Shown: positions 1 through 9,508 of the stretch, in pieces
Layout of the letters: each line of letters opens with the position of its first letter
How positions within the stretch are numbered: the stretch's first letter is position 1
Source of the DNA: Fibrobacteria bacterium
GTDB lineage: Bacteria > Fibrobacterota > Fibrobacteria > UBA11236
Length of the DNA stretch: 21,156 nt
Direction of reading: 5' to 3'
NCBI GenBank assembly: GCA_043732185.1
Contig: JAYTHY010000121.1
Coordinates: 1-21,156 of the forward strand
Translations under genes and position numbers: made by a program
Notes under the pieces: generated by a model
The model's input: the letters and a program-made list of their open reading frames with translations, nothing else
What the model was told of the DNA's origin: nothing
The model's database searches: none

Positions 1-1
1 C

Positions 2-346
2 GGCGCGGAAAAGACGGATATCCAGCGTGGACAGGTGTTGTGCAAACCCGGCACCATCACGCCGCATACGAAGTTCAAGGCGGAGATTTACGTATTGTCG
101 AAAGACGAAGGCGGTAGACATACGCCGTTCTTCAACGGCTATCGTCCGCAGTTTTATTTCCGTACCACGGATGTTACGGGTAGCTGTGACTTACCGGCGG
201 GCGTTGAGATGGTGATGCCAGGTGACAACGTGTCGATTACGGCGGAATTGATTGCGCCGATTGCCATGGCAAAGGACCTGCGTTTTGCTATACGTGAAGG
301 CGGAAGGACCGTCGGAGCGGGTGTTGTAACCGAGATATTGGTTTAA
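2..346 (+). CDS. tuf: Elongation factor Tu, C-terminal part (5'-truncated by window)
   Basis: Frame open from position 2 ([17 protein letters not shown]). Contains EF-Tu domain III motifs [31 protein letters not shown] and [16 protein letters not shown]. Confidence 0.99.
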   Translation, partial: GAEKTDIQRGQVLCKPGTITPHTKFKAEIYVLSKDEGGRHTPFFNGYRPQFYFRTTDVTGSCDLPAGVEMVMPGDNVSITAELIAPIAMAKDLRFAIREGGRTVGAGVVTEILV

Positions 347-432
347 AAGTTAAAATTCGATCCGGCTTGAAGCCGGGTCCGTTCTGTGACATGAGTAGGC
401 TTTTTGGGATTCATAAAAAGAGGTAACTGACA

Positions 433-741
433 GTGGCAGGAGAAAGAATCAGAATCCGGCTCAAGTCGTTCGACCACCGCATGATCGATAAGTCAGCGGC
501 GGATATCGTTAGGACAGCCCGGAACACTGGCGCAAAAATCGTAGGACCTATCCCGCTTCCAACTAAGAAGCGGATTTTCACGGTGATTCGTTCTCCGCAT
601 ATCGACAAAACGTCGCGGGAGCAGTTTGAATCACGCACTCATAAACGCTTGATTGATATTATCGATTCCACACCTCAGACCATCGACTCGCTTATGAAGC
701 TGGATCTACCTGCCGGCGTAGAAGTGGAAATAAAGGTTTAA
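433..741 (+). CDS. rpsJ: 30S ribosomal protein S10 (uS10)
   Basis: [35 protein letters not shown] start with GAGGT SD; first gene of the S10 cluster. Confidence 0.99.
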   Translation: MAGERIRIRLKSFDHRMIDKSAADIVRTARNTGAKIVGPIPLPTKKRIFTVIRSPHIDKTSREQFESRTHKRLIDIIDSTPQTIDSLMKLDLPAGVEVEIKV

Positions 742-742
742 T

Positions 743-1360
743 ATGTTGGGACTAATCGGCACTAAACTGGGTATGACCCAGATCTTCACCACAGAAGGCA
801 ACAGTGTTGCTGTAACGGTAATCGAATTGCCGCCTGCAACCATTCTGGGTCTCATGACGGCGGAAAAAGATGGCTACAAGGCCATTAAAATCGCCTCCGG
901 CACAGGCCGTGAGAAATCCATGACCAAAGCTACAATCGGCCAGTATAAAAAGGCTGGAATAGCAGTCGGTAAAAACATGGCTGAATTCCGCTTGGATGAC
1001 CTCAAGGATTGGGCCGTAGGCGCTCAGTACAATGTTTCGATTTTCGAATCGGACAAGGAAGTCACTGTCATTGGTACCACCAAGGGACGTGGCTTTGCAG
1101 GTACCATCAAACGGCATAAGTTCCAACGCGGCCCCACTACCCATGGTTCGCAAAATACGCGTCAGCCTGGATCCATCGGTGCACATACCTATCCTGGTCG
1201 CGTATTTCCTGGTCAGCGCATGGCCGGTCACCACGGGGATCGCAAGCAAACCGTTAAGAATCTGGATGTCGTGAAAGTCGATGTCGAAAAGAACCTGCTG
1301 TTTGTCCGTGGCGCAGTGCCTGGATGCAAAAACAGCAAAGTCATCGTGAGGAAGCAGTAA
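743..1360 (+). CDS. rplC: 50S ribosomal protein L3 (uL3)
   Basis: GTKLGMTQIF, TKGRGFAGTIKRH, HGSQNTRQPGSIG, GAVPG; canonical gene order. Confidence 0.99.
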   Translation: MLGLIGTKLGMTQIFTTEGNSVAVTVIELPPATILGLMTAEKDGYKAIKIASGTGREKSMTKATIGQYKKAGIAVGKNMAEFRLDDLKDWAVGAQYNVSIFESDKEVTVIGTTKGRGFAGTIKRHKFQRGPTTHGSQNTRQPGSIGAHTYPGRVFPGQRMAGHHGDRKQTVKNLDVVKVDVEKNLLFVRGAVPGCKNSKVIVRKQ

Positions 1361-1361
1361 C

Positions 1362-2039
1362 ATGGCAAAGGCAAAACTCCATGCCGCCGATGGTGCGTAT
1401 AAGGCCGAGATCGACCTTCCCGCCAGCCATTTCGAGCAGCCCATCAGCGAAGCCGCCATGTACAATGCGGTGGATGTATACTTGGGCAATCAGCGCCAGG
1501 GCACCCATAAAACCAAAACACGCGCCGAAGTAAGCGGCGGTGGTAAAAAGCCCTGGAAACAAAAGGGAACGGGAAATGCCAGACAGGGATCCAATACGGC
1601 TCCTAACTGGGCGCGCGGTGGCAAAGCCCATGGTCCCATTCCTCATCTATACAAACGCGACATCAATAAAAAAGTAAAGCGCCGTGCGCTGTTGTCGGCC
1701 CTGACCATGAAGGCCAATGAGTCGTGCATTTACGTTTTCGAGCAGCTCTCACTTGCGGCTCCTAAAACAAAAGATTTGGTAAAGGTATTGAAGACCGCGG
1801 CTTTGACTGGACAAAAGAATTTGTTTTTTGTTTCCGAGACCAGCGAAAACCTTATCCTGGCAGCCCGCAATATCCCTGATATTTTGGTACAGCGCGTTTG
1901 GGATATGAATACCTACTCGCTCATTAACGCCAAGAACATTATTTTTACGGATTCGGCTCTTAAGGCCCTGACAACAGAAGCCAACGGCGACGATGCTGTT
2001 AAGGCCACCAAAGTCGGCAAAGCCGCGAAAGCAGCTTAA
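1362..2039 (+). CDS. rplD: 50S ribosomal protein L4 (uL4)
   Basis: RQGTHKTKTRAEVSGGGKKPWKQKGTG..ARQGS; canonical gene order. Confidence 0.98.
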   Translation: MAKAKLHAADGAYKAEIDLPASHFEQPISEAAMYNAVDVYLGNQRQGTHKTKTRAEVSGGGKKPWKQKGTGNARQGSNTAPNWARGGKAHGPIPHLYKRDINKKVKRRALLSALTMKANESCIYVFEQLSLAAPKTKDLVKVLKTAALTGQKNLFFVSETSENLILAARNIPDILVQRVWDMNTYSLINAKNIIFTDSALKALTTEANGDDAVKATKVGKAAKAA

Positions 2040-2047
2040 GGGGAAAC

Positions 2048-2332
2048 ATGAAAGCCACTAAGGAAATTTTGGAGTTCCCATGGATGACGGAAAAATCAAC
2101 CGCTATCCGTGCGGCCACGAACCAGTACGTGTTCAAGGTCAAGACTTCGGCGAATAAGATCGAGATCAAGCAGGCTATTGAGGCCCGTTTCCAGGTCAAG
2201 GTTGAAGCCGTGAATACTATTAATGTGCAGGGTAAACTGAAGCGCACCCGAGGAATGCTCGGTCGCCGTAGTGCCTGGAAAAAAGCGGTCGTACGCCTTG
2301 TTGAAGGCGACACGATCCAGGAAATCGAATAA
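2048..2332 (+). CDS. rplW: 50S ribosomal protein L23 (uL23)
   Basis: TEKS, YVFKV..ANKIEIKQAIE..F.VKV..VNT, WKKAVVRL. Confidence 0.98.
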   Translation: MKATKEILEFPWMTEKSTAIRAATNQYVFKVKTSANKIEIKQAIEARFQVKVEAVNTINVQGKLKRTRGMLGRRSAWKKAVVRLVEGDTIQEIE

Positions 2333-2353
2333 AGTCGCCTCTGGGAGAATAAG

Positions 2354-3184
2354 ATGCCGCTTAAGTCATATAGGCCGTTGACGGAGACGCAGAGGTACAA
2401 GAAAATCTTGGACTTCAGCGAAATTACCACCAACGACCCCTACAAGCCCCTAACCAAGGGCAGAATGGAAAAGGCCGGTCGCAACAACCGTGGTATCATC
2501 ACCATGCGTCGCCGCGGTTCCGGACACAAACAGCTCCTTCGCTTGGTCGACTTCAAGCGCGATCGTGTGGGCATGTCCTGTACAGTTGAAACAATTGAAT
2601 ACGATCCCAATCGTTCAGCTAACATTGCACTGGTCCGTTATATCGATGGCCAAAGGCGCTATATCATTGCCCCTGAAGGTCTCAAGGTTGGCGATGTTGT
2701 TGTGAACAAGGAAGACGCAGCTTTAGAAACTGGCAACGTGTTGCCCTTAAGCAAAATTCCTTTGAACACATACATTCACAATATCGAACTCAAACCCGGT
2801 AAGGGCGCGCAAATCGCCCGCTCCGCTGGCACCCAAGCCGAAATCGTCGCCAAAGAAGGTGGCATGGCACAGGTCAAGCTTCCTTCCGGAGAAATTCGCC
2901 ATATTCCGCTTAACTGTAAGGCCACCATTGGCAGCGTCGGCAATCATGATCACAATAATGTTATCAGTGGATCCGCCGGTCGTTCCCGTTGGTTAGGCAA
3001 GCGCCCGAAAGTACGTGGCGTTGCAATGAATCCTGTCGATCACCCCATGGGTGGTGGCGAAGGCAGAACTTCCGGTGGCGGCCATCCGGTATCGCCTTGG
3101 GGCAAAAAAGCCAAGGGCAAGAAGACCCGAAACAATAAGCGAACCGATAGGTCTATCGTTCGTCACCGTCCGAAGAACGTTTAA
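2354..3184 (+). CDS. rplB: 50S ribosomal protein L2 (uL2)
   Basis: [42 protein letters not shown]. Confidence 0.99.
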   Translation: MPLKSYRPLTETQRYKKILDFSEITTNDPYKPLTKGRMEKAGRNNRGIITMRRRGSGHKQLLRLVDFKRDRVGMSCTVETIEYDPNRSANIALVRYIDGQRRYIIAPEGLKVGDVVVNKEDAALETGNVLPLSKIPLNTYIHNIELKPGKGAQIARSAGTQAEIVAKEGGMAQVKLPSGEIRHIPLNCKATIGSVGNHDHNNVISGSAGRSRWLGKRPKVRGVAMNPVDHPMGGGEGRTSGGGHPVSPWGKKAKGKKTRNNKRTDRSIVRHRPKNV

Positions 3185-3195
3185 GGGGTTATAGC

Positions 3196-3501
3196 ATGAC
3201 GAGATCGCTAAAAAAAGGCGCGTTCATCGACAGTCACCTGATGAAAAAGGTGACGGATATGAACACCGCTACCAAAAAAGGTGCCATCAAAACCTGGAGC
3301 CGTCGTTCCACGATTTCCCCTGATTTTGTTGGGAACACCATCGCCGTTCATAACGGCAAGACATTCATTCCCGTGTTCATCTCTGAGAATATGGTAGGGC
3401 ATAAGCTCGGTGAGTTCGCTCAAACGCGTACCTTTCGTGGCCATGTCAAAACTGAGAAAGCTAAGCCCTCGGCATCTGCTGCCTCGGGTGATAAGAAATA
3501 A
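3196..3501 (+). CDS. rpsS: 30S ribosomal protein S19 (uS19)
   Basis: [30 protein letters not shown]. Confidence 0.99.
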   Translation: MTRSLKKGAFIDSHLMKKVTDMNTATKKGAIKTWSRRSTISPDFVGNTIAVHNGKTFIPVFISENMVGHKLGEFAQTRTFRGHVKTEKAKPSASAASGDKK

Positions 3502-3512
3502 CGGGAGTCACG

Positions 3513-3857
3513 ATGGAAGCTATCGCAAAAGGTATGTATCTACGCTCCTCCACCAACCGTATGCGGCAGGTGGCGGACATGGTTCGGGGCAAGCCTGTGG
3601 AGACCGCTATCGGCATTCTCTATGGTCTCAAGCTCAAAAAGAAATGCGCCGGAATGGTGGACAAGGTTTTGAAATCGGCAGTTGCCAACTTTCAAGTTAA
3701 AAGCGACGCCGGTGGTTCCAAGGGTAAGAATTTGGTTGTCAAGACCATTACCGTGGACGCGGGCCCATTGATGAAGCGCATCAGGGCTCACGCGCAAGGG
3801 CGTGCGTTCCGTATCGAGAAAAAACTAAGCCACTTGACTGTGGTTGTGTCGGATTAA
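3513..3857 (+). CDS. rplV: 50S ribosomal protein L22 (uL22)
   Basis: VADMVRGK, LKSAVAN, VDAGP.MKR...AQGRA.RI.K..SH.TV; lies between rpsS and rpsC. Confidence 0.97.
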   Translation: MEAIAKGMYLRSSTNRMRQVADMVRGKPVETAIGILYGLKLKKKCAGMVDKVLKSAVANFQVKSDAGGSKGKNLVVKTITVDAGPLMKRIRAHAQGRAFRIEKKLSHLTVVVSD

Positions 3858-3870
3858 GCGGAGGTAGATA

Positions 3871-4539
3871 TTGGGACAGAAAACCCATCCAGTCGGATTT
3901 AGACTCGGCGTCATTAGAACCTGGAACTCCAGGTGGTATGCTGAAAAAAGCTTCGCGGATCTTCTTTATGAAGATATGATGATCCGTCGCTACTTGAACA
4001 AGCGTCTTGGCCATGCCAGCTTGTCCAATGTTGGCATCGAGCGGACCGTTAAGGAAGTGACTGTGAATATTTTCACTGCCCGTCCCGGTGTAGTAATTGG
4101 AAAAAAGGGCGAAGAAGTCGAGCGCATCAAAGGCGAGCTTCAGCACTTGACCGGCAAGGACATTTACATCAACATCCGCGAAATCAAACGCCCGGAAGTG
4201 GATGCAAAATTGGTCGCTGACAATATTGCCCGCCAACTCGAAAAACGTGTTGCCTTTCGTCGCGCCATGAAAAAAGCCGTATCCAGCGCCATGCGTCTTG
4301 GAGCCCTAGGCATAAAAATTCAGTGTGGTGGTCGATTGGGTGGAGCTGAGATAGCCCGAGTTGAAAAGTCCCGTGATGGAAGAATTCCATTGCAGACCTT
4401 GCGCGCCGATATCGATTATGCGCAAGCTCGCGCAGAGACTACCTATGGCACCATTGGTGTAAAGGTATGGATCTTCAAGGGCGAGATCATTAAGCGAGAA
4501 GACATTTCCACCAATGATGGAGAAAGGGCCATGGCCTAG
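3871..4539 (+). CDS. rpsC: 30S ribosomal protein S3 (uS3)
   Basis: [47 protein letters not shown] start with GGAGGT SD. Confidence 0.99.
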   Translation: MGQKTHPVGFRLGVIRTWNSRWYAEKSFADLLYEDMMIRRYLNKRLGHASLSNVGIERTVKEVTVNIFTARPGVVIGKKGEEVERIKGELQHLTGKDIYINIREIKRPEVDAKLVADNIARQLEKRVAFRRAMKKAVSSAMRLGALGIKIQCGGRLGGAEIARVEKSRDGRIPLQTLRADIDYAQARAETTYGTIGVKVWIFKGEIIKREDISTNDGERAMA

Positions 4540-4540
4540 C

Positions 4541-4957
4541 ATGCTGAGCCCCAAGAAATTAAAATTCCGAAAAATGCAGCGCGGCAAAATGAAGGGCGTG
4601 GCCCCTCGTGGTACCGCTATGGCCTTCGGCGAATTCGGAATCCAGGCGCTTGAATCTGCCTGGGTTACCAATCGCCAAATTGAAGCCGCACGTATTGCCA
4701 TGACGCGTAAAATCAAGCGCGGCGGCAAAGTATGGATCCGGGTTTTTCCGGATAAGCCTTTCACCAAGAAACCTGCGGAAACACGTATGGGTTCTGGAAA
4801 AGGAAACGTAGAAGGCTGGGTAGCCGTGGTATTGGCAGGACGCATTCTGTTTGAAATGGGCGGAGTGGATCGTGAACTTGCCATGGAAGCCCTATCGGTT
4901 GCGGCGCAAAAGCTCCCAATCCGGACAAAGATTTGTGAGGTGGATAGAAATGGCTAA
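4541..4957 (+). CDS. rplP: 50S ribosomal protein L16 (uL16)
   Basis: Start reassigned to ATG 4541 ([11 protein letters not shown]), just after the rpsC stop. Motifs [28 protein letters not shown]. Confidence 0.98.
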   Translation: MLSPKKLKFRKMQRGKMKGVAPRGTAMAFGEFGIQALESAWVTNRQIEAARIAMTRKIKRGGKVWIRVFPDKPFTKKPAETRMGSGKGNVEGWVAVVLAGRILFEMGGVDRELAMEALSVAAQKLPIRTKICEVDRNG

Positions 4958-5165
4958 GGCAAAAACCCGAGATCTTCGGGAAATGGCGGCGGACGTCATT
5001 CAGACAAAAGTCAATGAACTTGAAGCCAACCTTTTCAATTTAAGGTTCCAGGCCAGCATGGGCAAGTTGGAGAACACCTCCCTTTTGCAAACGTCTCGCA
5101 GGGATATTGCCCGCGCCAAGACCGTGCTCCAGCAGAAAGCCACCGCGAACCGTAAGGGTTCGTAA
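4950..5165 (+). CDS. rpmC: 50S ribosomal protein L29 (uL29)
   Basis: Start reassigned to ATG 4950 (SD GAGGT upstream). LFNLRFQ...[14 protein letters not shown]. Confidence 0.96.
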   Translation: MAKAKTRDLREMAADVIQTKVNELEANLFNLRFQASMGKLENTSLLQTSRRDIARAKTVLQQKATANRKGS

Positions 5166-5195
5166 TCGGGCAAGTTAGCCTGAACGCGAGGAAAT

Positions 5196-5453
5196 ATGGA
5201 AGAACGAGCAAGTAGAAAATTAAGGACGGGAATCGTAACCAGCGACAAGATGGAAAAGACCATCACGGTAGCGGTTATCAATAGAAAATCCCATCCCATC
5301 TATGGAAAGATTCTGACCACAACGGTCAAGTTGAAAGCCCATGATGATGAAAACTCAGCCAAAGAAGGCGATACCGTGGAAATCATGGAAACGCGTCCTT
5401 TGAGCAAAACCAAGCGTTGGCGTTTGGTTCGCGTCGTCGAGCGCAAGAAGTAA
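5196..5453 (+). CDS. rpsQ: 30S ribosomal protein S17 (uS17)
   Basis: [35 protein letters not shown]. Confidence 0.99.
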   Translation: MEERASRKLRTGIVTSDKMEKTITVAVINRKSHPIYGKILTTTVKLKAHDDENSAKEGDTVEIMETRPLSKTKRWRLVRVVERKK

Positions 5454-5471
5454 GACGGGGAAAGGCAAAAG

Positions 5472-5840
5472 ATGATTCAGCAGCAGACGAAATTAAACGT
5501 CGCCGATAACTCCGGGGCTAAGGAAGTCTTGTGTATCAAGGTACTGGGCGGAACGCGTAGGCGCTATGCCAGCCTTGGAGACATCATAGTTGTTTCCGTA
5601 CGCGCAGCCACGCCCACAAGCGGCGTCAAAAAAGGCAGTGTGCAAAGAGCCGTAGTCGTAAGGACGATTAAGGAAGTCAAGCGCAAGGATGGTTCGGCTA
5701 TTCGCTTTGGCGACAATGCCGTGGTTATCATTAACGAAGCCCGCGAACCCAAGGGATCGCGCATCTTTGGCCCAGTGGCCCGAGAGCTTCGCGAAAAGCA
5801 GTTCATGAAGATCGTCTCATTGGCACCGGAGGTTATCTAA
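5472..5840 (+). CDS. rplN: 50S ribosomal protein L14 (uL14)
   Basis: [31 protein letters not shown]. Confidence 0.99.
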   Translation: MIQQQTKLNVADNSGAKEVLCIKVLGGTRRRYASLGDIIVVSVRAATPTSGVKKGSVQRAVVVRTIKEVKRKDGSAIRFGDNAVVIINEAREPKGSRIFGPVARELREKQFMKIVSLAPEVI

Positions 5841-5842
5841 TC

Positions 5843-6154
5843 ATGTCCATCAAACTGAGAAAACACGACAGCGTAAAGGTGATCGCTGGCAAGTCCAAAG
5901 GGACAGTAGGGCGTATCATTACCGTACTTGCTTCTGACAATAAGGTTATTGTGGAAGGCGTTAACATCGCCAAAAAGCATCAGAAGCCAGGTAAAGGTAG
6001 CGAAAAAGGTGGGATCGTGGACAAGGCAATGCCCGTGCACGTATCCAATGTAATGTTGGTTAACAAGAGCAATGAACCCGTTAAGCTGCGGAAAACCGTC
6101 GAAAACGGTAAGCGCATCCGGGTCGAAAAAAAATCCGGCAAGTCCGTAGACTAG
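5843..6154 (+). CDS. rplX: 50S ribosomal protein L24 (uL24)
   Basis: KOW-like D.VKVIAGKSKG, VIVEGVN, P.HVSNV. Confidence 0.98.
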   Translation: MSIKLRKHDSVKVIAGKSKGTVGRIITVLASDNKVIVEGVNIAKKHQKPGKGSEKGGIVDKAMPVHVSNVMLVNKSNEPVKLRKTVENGKRIRVEKKSGKSVD

Positions 6155-6179
6155 CATCGGCTGAAAGGTCAAAGAGATA

Positions 6180-6719
6180 ATGCAACGGCTTAAGGAACGA
6201 TATCAAAAAGAAATGGTCCCCGCACTCATGCAGGAGTTGGGGCTAACCAATGTCATGGAAGTCCCGTGCCTGGAAAAGGTCGTGATCAATATGGGTGTTG
6301 GCGAGGCTACTGGAAATCAGCGTCTGATTGAGGAGGCGGTAGGCACTTTAGCCGCCATCACCGGACAGAAGCCGATTCCAACCCGCGCCAAGAAGGCCAT
6401 ATCGAACTTCAAGGTACGTGAAAACCTGCCCATCGGAGTCAAGGTTACCTTGCACGGTGAGAAGATGTGGGATTTTGTGGAACGGTTCATCACCATTGCA
6501 CTACCCCGCGTTCGCGATTTCCGTGGAGTACCCAAGCGCGGCTTTGATGGCCGTGGGAACTATACCATGGGCATCAAAGAGCAGATCATCTTTCTAGAAA
6601 TCAACTATGACAAGATCAGTCAGATCTTGGGCATGGACATCAGTTTCGTCACCAATTCCAAAGACGATGAGGGCTGTAGGGCTCTCTTGAGCGCCCTTGG
6701 AATGCCGTTCCGCAAGTAG
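6180..6719 (+). CDS. rplE: 50S ribosomal protein L5 (uL5)
   Basis: [34 protein letters not shown]. Confidence 0.99.
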   Translation: MQRLKERYQKEMVPALMQELGLTNVMEVPCLEKVVINMGVGEATGNQRLIEEAVGTLAAITGQKPIPTRAKKAISNFKVRENLPIGVKVTLHGEKMWDFVERFITIALPRVRDFRGVPKRGFDGRGNYTMGIKEQIIFLEINYDKISQILGMDISFVTNSKDDEGCRALLSALGMPFRK

Positions 6720-6736
6720 CCGGGAGAATAGAGACA

Positions 6737-6922
6737 ATGGCAAAGAGATCGATGATTGAAAAACAAAAGCGCACCCCGAAGTTCGTGGTGCGTGGATACA
6801 ACCGTTGCCGCCGATGCGGACGCCCCCGTGCATTTATGCGCCGGTTTGGGCTGTGTCGCATCTGCTTCAGGGAAATGGCCCTGCAAGGTGAAATCCCCGG
6901 AATCACGAAGGCGTCCTGGTAA
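6737..6922 (+). CDS. rpsN: 30S ribosomal protein S14, short zinc-binding type Z (uS14)
   Basis: 61 aa; [27 protein letters not shown]. Confidence 0.98.
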   Translation: MAKRSMIEKQKRTPKFVVRGYNRCRRCGRPRAFMRRFGLCRICFREMALQGEIPGITKASW

Positions 6923-6967
6923 ACCGTTGTACGGTTTAACGGAATCGCAAGGAGAAAAGAGCTAAGC

Positions 6968-7366
6968 ATGAGCGGAATCACAGATCCCATCGGCGATATG
7001 CTGACAAGAATCCGGAATGCCACCCGCGTCGGAAAAAGAGTGGTAGAAATGCCCTCTTCCGGCCTCCGCAGGGAAGTGGCAAAGATTCTGGTGCGTCGCA
7101 ATTTCGTACAGAAATTCGTCATCGTTGATGATGGCAAGCAAGGAGTGATGAAAATCCTCTTGAAATATACGGACGGCCAACCGGCCATCCAAGGCATACA
7201 GCGTGTCAGCGCCCCCGGGCGAAGATCGTACGCTAGGGCCACGGGTTTGCCCAAGGTCATGAATGGCCTTGGTATGGCAATCGTGTCCACGTCCAAAGGT
7301 CTGCTTACCGATTATGAAGCTCGCGAGCAGAATATCGGTGGCGAAGTCATCTGCAAGGTTTGGTAG
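6968..7366 (+). CDS. rpsH: 30S ribosomal protein S8 (uS8)
   Basis: TDPIGDMLTRIRNA, RVS.PGRR.Y, GLGMAIVSTSKG, GGEVIC.VW. Confidence 0.99.
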   Translation: MSGITDPIGDMLTRIRNATRVGKRVVEMPSSGLRREVAKILVRRNFVQKFVIVDDGKQGVMKILLKYTDGQPAIQGIQRVSAPGRRSYARATGLPKVMNGLGMAIVSTSKGLLTDYEAREQNIGGEVICKVW

Positions 7367-7375
7367 GAGTTATCC

Positions 7376-7909
7376 ATGTCTAGAGTAGGTAAAGCACTTA
7401 TCAAACTTCCTGCTGGGGTTAAGCTCAACGTGAACGGCCAGTCCGTTTCCGTCGAAGGCCCCAAGGGAAAACTTGTGTTCGTAATGCATGATGGCATCAG
7501 CCTGGAAAACCAGGAAGGTGTCGTAACCGTCAAGCGTCCTTCGGATGCTAAGACGGACCGTGCATTGCACGGCACCACCCGCGCGGTGATCAACAACATG
7601 GTTACCGGCGTAACCAAAGGTTTCCAAAAGGAATTGGAAATCCGTGGCGTCGGTTATCGCGGTGAACAAAAGGGCAAAGCAGTCAGTTTGCTGCTCGGCT
7701 ACTCGCACCCCATCTTGTTTACGCCACCCGCTGGAGTGAATGTTAAAATGGACGGTAACGTTAAAGTTACCGTAGACGGAATCGATCGTCAGGCTGTAGG
7801 TCAAGTGGCTGCGACTATCCGGGGCTTCAAGCCACCGGAACCCTATAAGGGAAAAGGCGTCCGCTATTTTGGTGAAGTTGTGGTTCAAAAGGAAGTTAAG
7901 AAGACGTAA
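7376..7909 (+). CDS. rplF: 50S ribosomal protein L6 (uL6)
   Basis: MSRVGK, GPKG, HGTTRA, GVGYR, LGYSHP, PPEPYKGKGVRY. Confidence 0.99.
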   Translation: MSRVGKALIKLPAGVKLNVNGQSVSVEGPKGKLVFVMHDGISLENQEGVVTVKRPSDAKTDRALHGTTRAVINNMVTGVTKGFQKELEIRGVGYRGEQKGKAVSLLLGYSHPILFTPPAGVNVKMDGNVKVTVDGIDRQAVGQVAATIRGFKPPEPYKGKGVRYFGEVVVQKEVKKT

Positions 7910-7937
7910 GTCTTTGGAAACCGAAAGAGGATAAGAG

Positions 7938-8312
7938 ATGTTCACGGATAAGGCTATTACCAGGCTGGTCAACCGCAAGGCCAGACATGAAAGAATCCGG
8001 AAGAAGATTGCTGGCACCACCGTGCGCCCGCGCCTATGCGTACGCCGCAGTCTCAACCATATCTACGCGCAAATCGTGGACGATGCCAGCGGCAAATCCT
8101 TGCTCCTTTATTCTTCGCTTTCACCGGAGCTCAAGTCCGTAATCGAAGGCAAGAACAAAGTTGAGACGTCCAAGGAACTTGGCAAACTGGTAGCCCAAAA
8201 AGCCCAGGAAGCCGGAATTAAAGTTGTGGTGTTCGATCGTGGCGGATACCTTTTCCATGGCCGTGTCAAGGCTGTGGCGGATGCCGCCCGTGAAGCCGGA
8301 TTGGAGTTTTAA
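7938..8312 (+). CDS. rplR: 50S ribosomal protein L18 (uL18)
   Basis: [36 protein letters not shown]. Confidence 0.99.
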   Translation: MFTDKAITRLVNRKARHERIRKKIAGTTVRPRLCVRRSLNHIYAQIVDDASGKSLLLYSSLSPELKSVIEGKNKVETSKELGKLVAQKAQEAGIKVVVFDRGGYLFHGRVKAVADAAREAGLEF

Positions 8313-8876
8313 ATGGCAGGTATGAATCATCCCCAGGGTAGAAACAACCAATCCGATTCCGGTGAAAAATCCGAATATCAGGAAAAGGTTGTAGCCATCA
8401 ATCGATGCGCGAAGGTAGTGAAGGGCGGACGCCGCTTTAGCTTCAACTCCATCGTCGTTATTGGAAATGGTACAGGCCGGGTAGGTATTGGATCCGGTAA
8501 AGCCAATGAAGTGGCGGAAGCCATTCGCAAGGCCACCGAAAATGCCCATAAAAACCTGGTCGATGTCATCCTGCGCGGGAAGACCATTCCCCATGAAGTC
8601 AACACACGTTATGGCGCAGCCAAAATATTCATGCGTCCTGCATCCCCTGGTACCGGCGTTATTGCCGGCGGTGCCGCCCGTGCCGTTCTGGAATTAGCCG
8701 GTGTGCATGATGTTTTGACCAAAAGCATTGGTTCAACCAATCCTCACAATGTCGTCAAAGCGGTATTGCGCGGTCTCCAGATGCAAAGAGGCAAAAAAGA
8801 ATTTGCCGCTCTGCGCCAGGTGACTCTCAAGTCCGCGGTTGCGGCCCCGGCCGCCACTGTTGCGGCGAAAGCATAA
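8313..8876 (+). CDS. rpsE: 30S ribosomal protein S5 (uS5)
   Basis: [38 protein letters not shown]. Confidence 0.99.
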   Translation: MAGMNHPQGRNNQSDSGEKSEYQEKVVAINRCAKVVKGGRRFSFNSIVVIGNGTGRVGIGSGKANEVAEAIRKATENAHKNLVDVILRGKTIPHEVNTRYGAAKIFMRPASPGTGVIAGGAARAVLELAGVHDVLTKSIGSTNPHNVVKAVLRGLQMQRGKKEFAALRQVTLKSAVAAPAATVAAKA

Positions 8877-8887
8877 GGAACCGAATC

Positions 8888-9073
8888 ATGGCAGCCAAAT
8901 TAAAAATCACCCAACTCGTGAGCGAAGTACGCTCCAAGGTGAAACAGAAAAGAACCTTGGAAGCCCTTGGCATCCACGGCATCCGTAAGTTTGTCATCAA
9001 GGAAAAGAGCGCGACCGTGGACGGAATGATCCGCGTGGTTGCCCATCTCGTGAAGGTAGAGGAAGTAAAATGA
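8888..9073 (+). CDS. rpmD: 50S ribosomal protein L30 (uL30), divergent
   Basis: 61 aa between rpsE and rplO; LKITQ..S, Q..TL.ALG, GMI..V.HLVKVEE. Confidence 0.93.
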   Translation: MAAKLKITQLVSEVRSKVKQKRTLEALGIHGIRKFVIKEKSATVDGMIRVVAHLVKVEEVK

Positions 9074-9507
9074 ATCTCTCCGAACTTAGGCCCGCCAAGG
9101 GCTCGCGCAAGAAGCGCTTCAAAGTCGGTCGTGGTCCTGGCTCAGGCAAGGGCAAGACATCCGGTCGTGGCGGCAAGGGCCAAACAGCCCGTAAAAGCGG
9201 CCCAGTAGGCGTTGCTTTTGAAGGTGGTCAAATGCCTTTGCAACGTCGCGTACCCAAACGTGGATTCAACTCGCATTTTCCCAAGGATTTGCAAGTTGTC
9301 AATCTTGGTGATTTGGACGCGAAATGCTCCGGTGCAGTCACTATTGCGGACATGGTCAAAGCTGGACTGGTTAAGAGCGCCAAGCATCCCGTAAAGGTGC
9401 TATCCAAGGGCAAGCTCACCAAAGCTTTGGAAATTTCTGCCAATAAGTTCAGCGCATCTGCCGTAGTAGCTATCCAGGCTGCAGGTGGAAAGGCCGTGGT
9501 CGTCTAA
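9070..9507 (+). CDS. rplO: 50S ribosomal protein L15 (uL15)
   Basis: GRGPGSGKGKTSGRG.KGQ.AR, FEGGQMPL.RR.PKRGF; start overlaps the rpmD stop. Confidence 0.99.
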   Translation: MNLSELRPAKGSRKKRFKVGRGPGSGKGKTSGRGGKGQTARKSGPVGVAFEGGQMPLQRRVPKRGFNSHFPKDLQVVNLGDLDAKCSGAVTIADMVKAGLVKSAKHPVKVLSKGKLTKALEISANKFSASAVVAIQAAGGKAVVV

Positions 9508-9508
9508 A

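Noticed and set aside
347..432. tRNA gene next to tuf
   Set aside because: No cloverleaf or properly placed T-loop; only simple hairpins.
752..1489. 245-aa antisense ORF, plus the other long antisense or alternate-frame ORFs (e.g. 4306-4884, 6649-7296, 7370-8056, 11513-11950)
   Set aside because: They overlap highly conserved r-protein genes and have no recognisable motifs; consistent with shadow ORFs.
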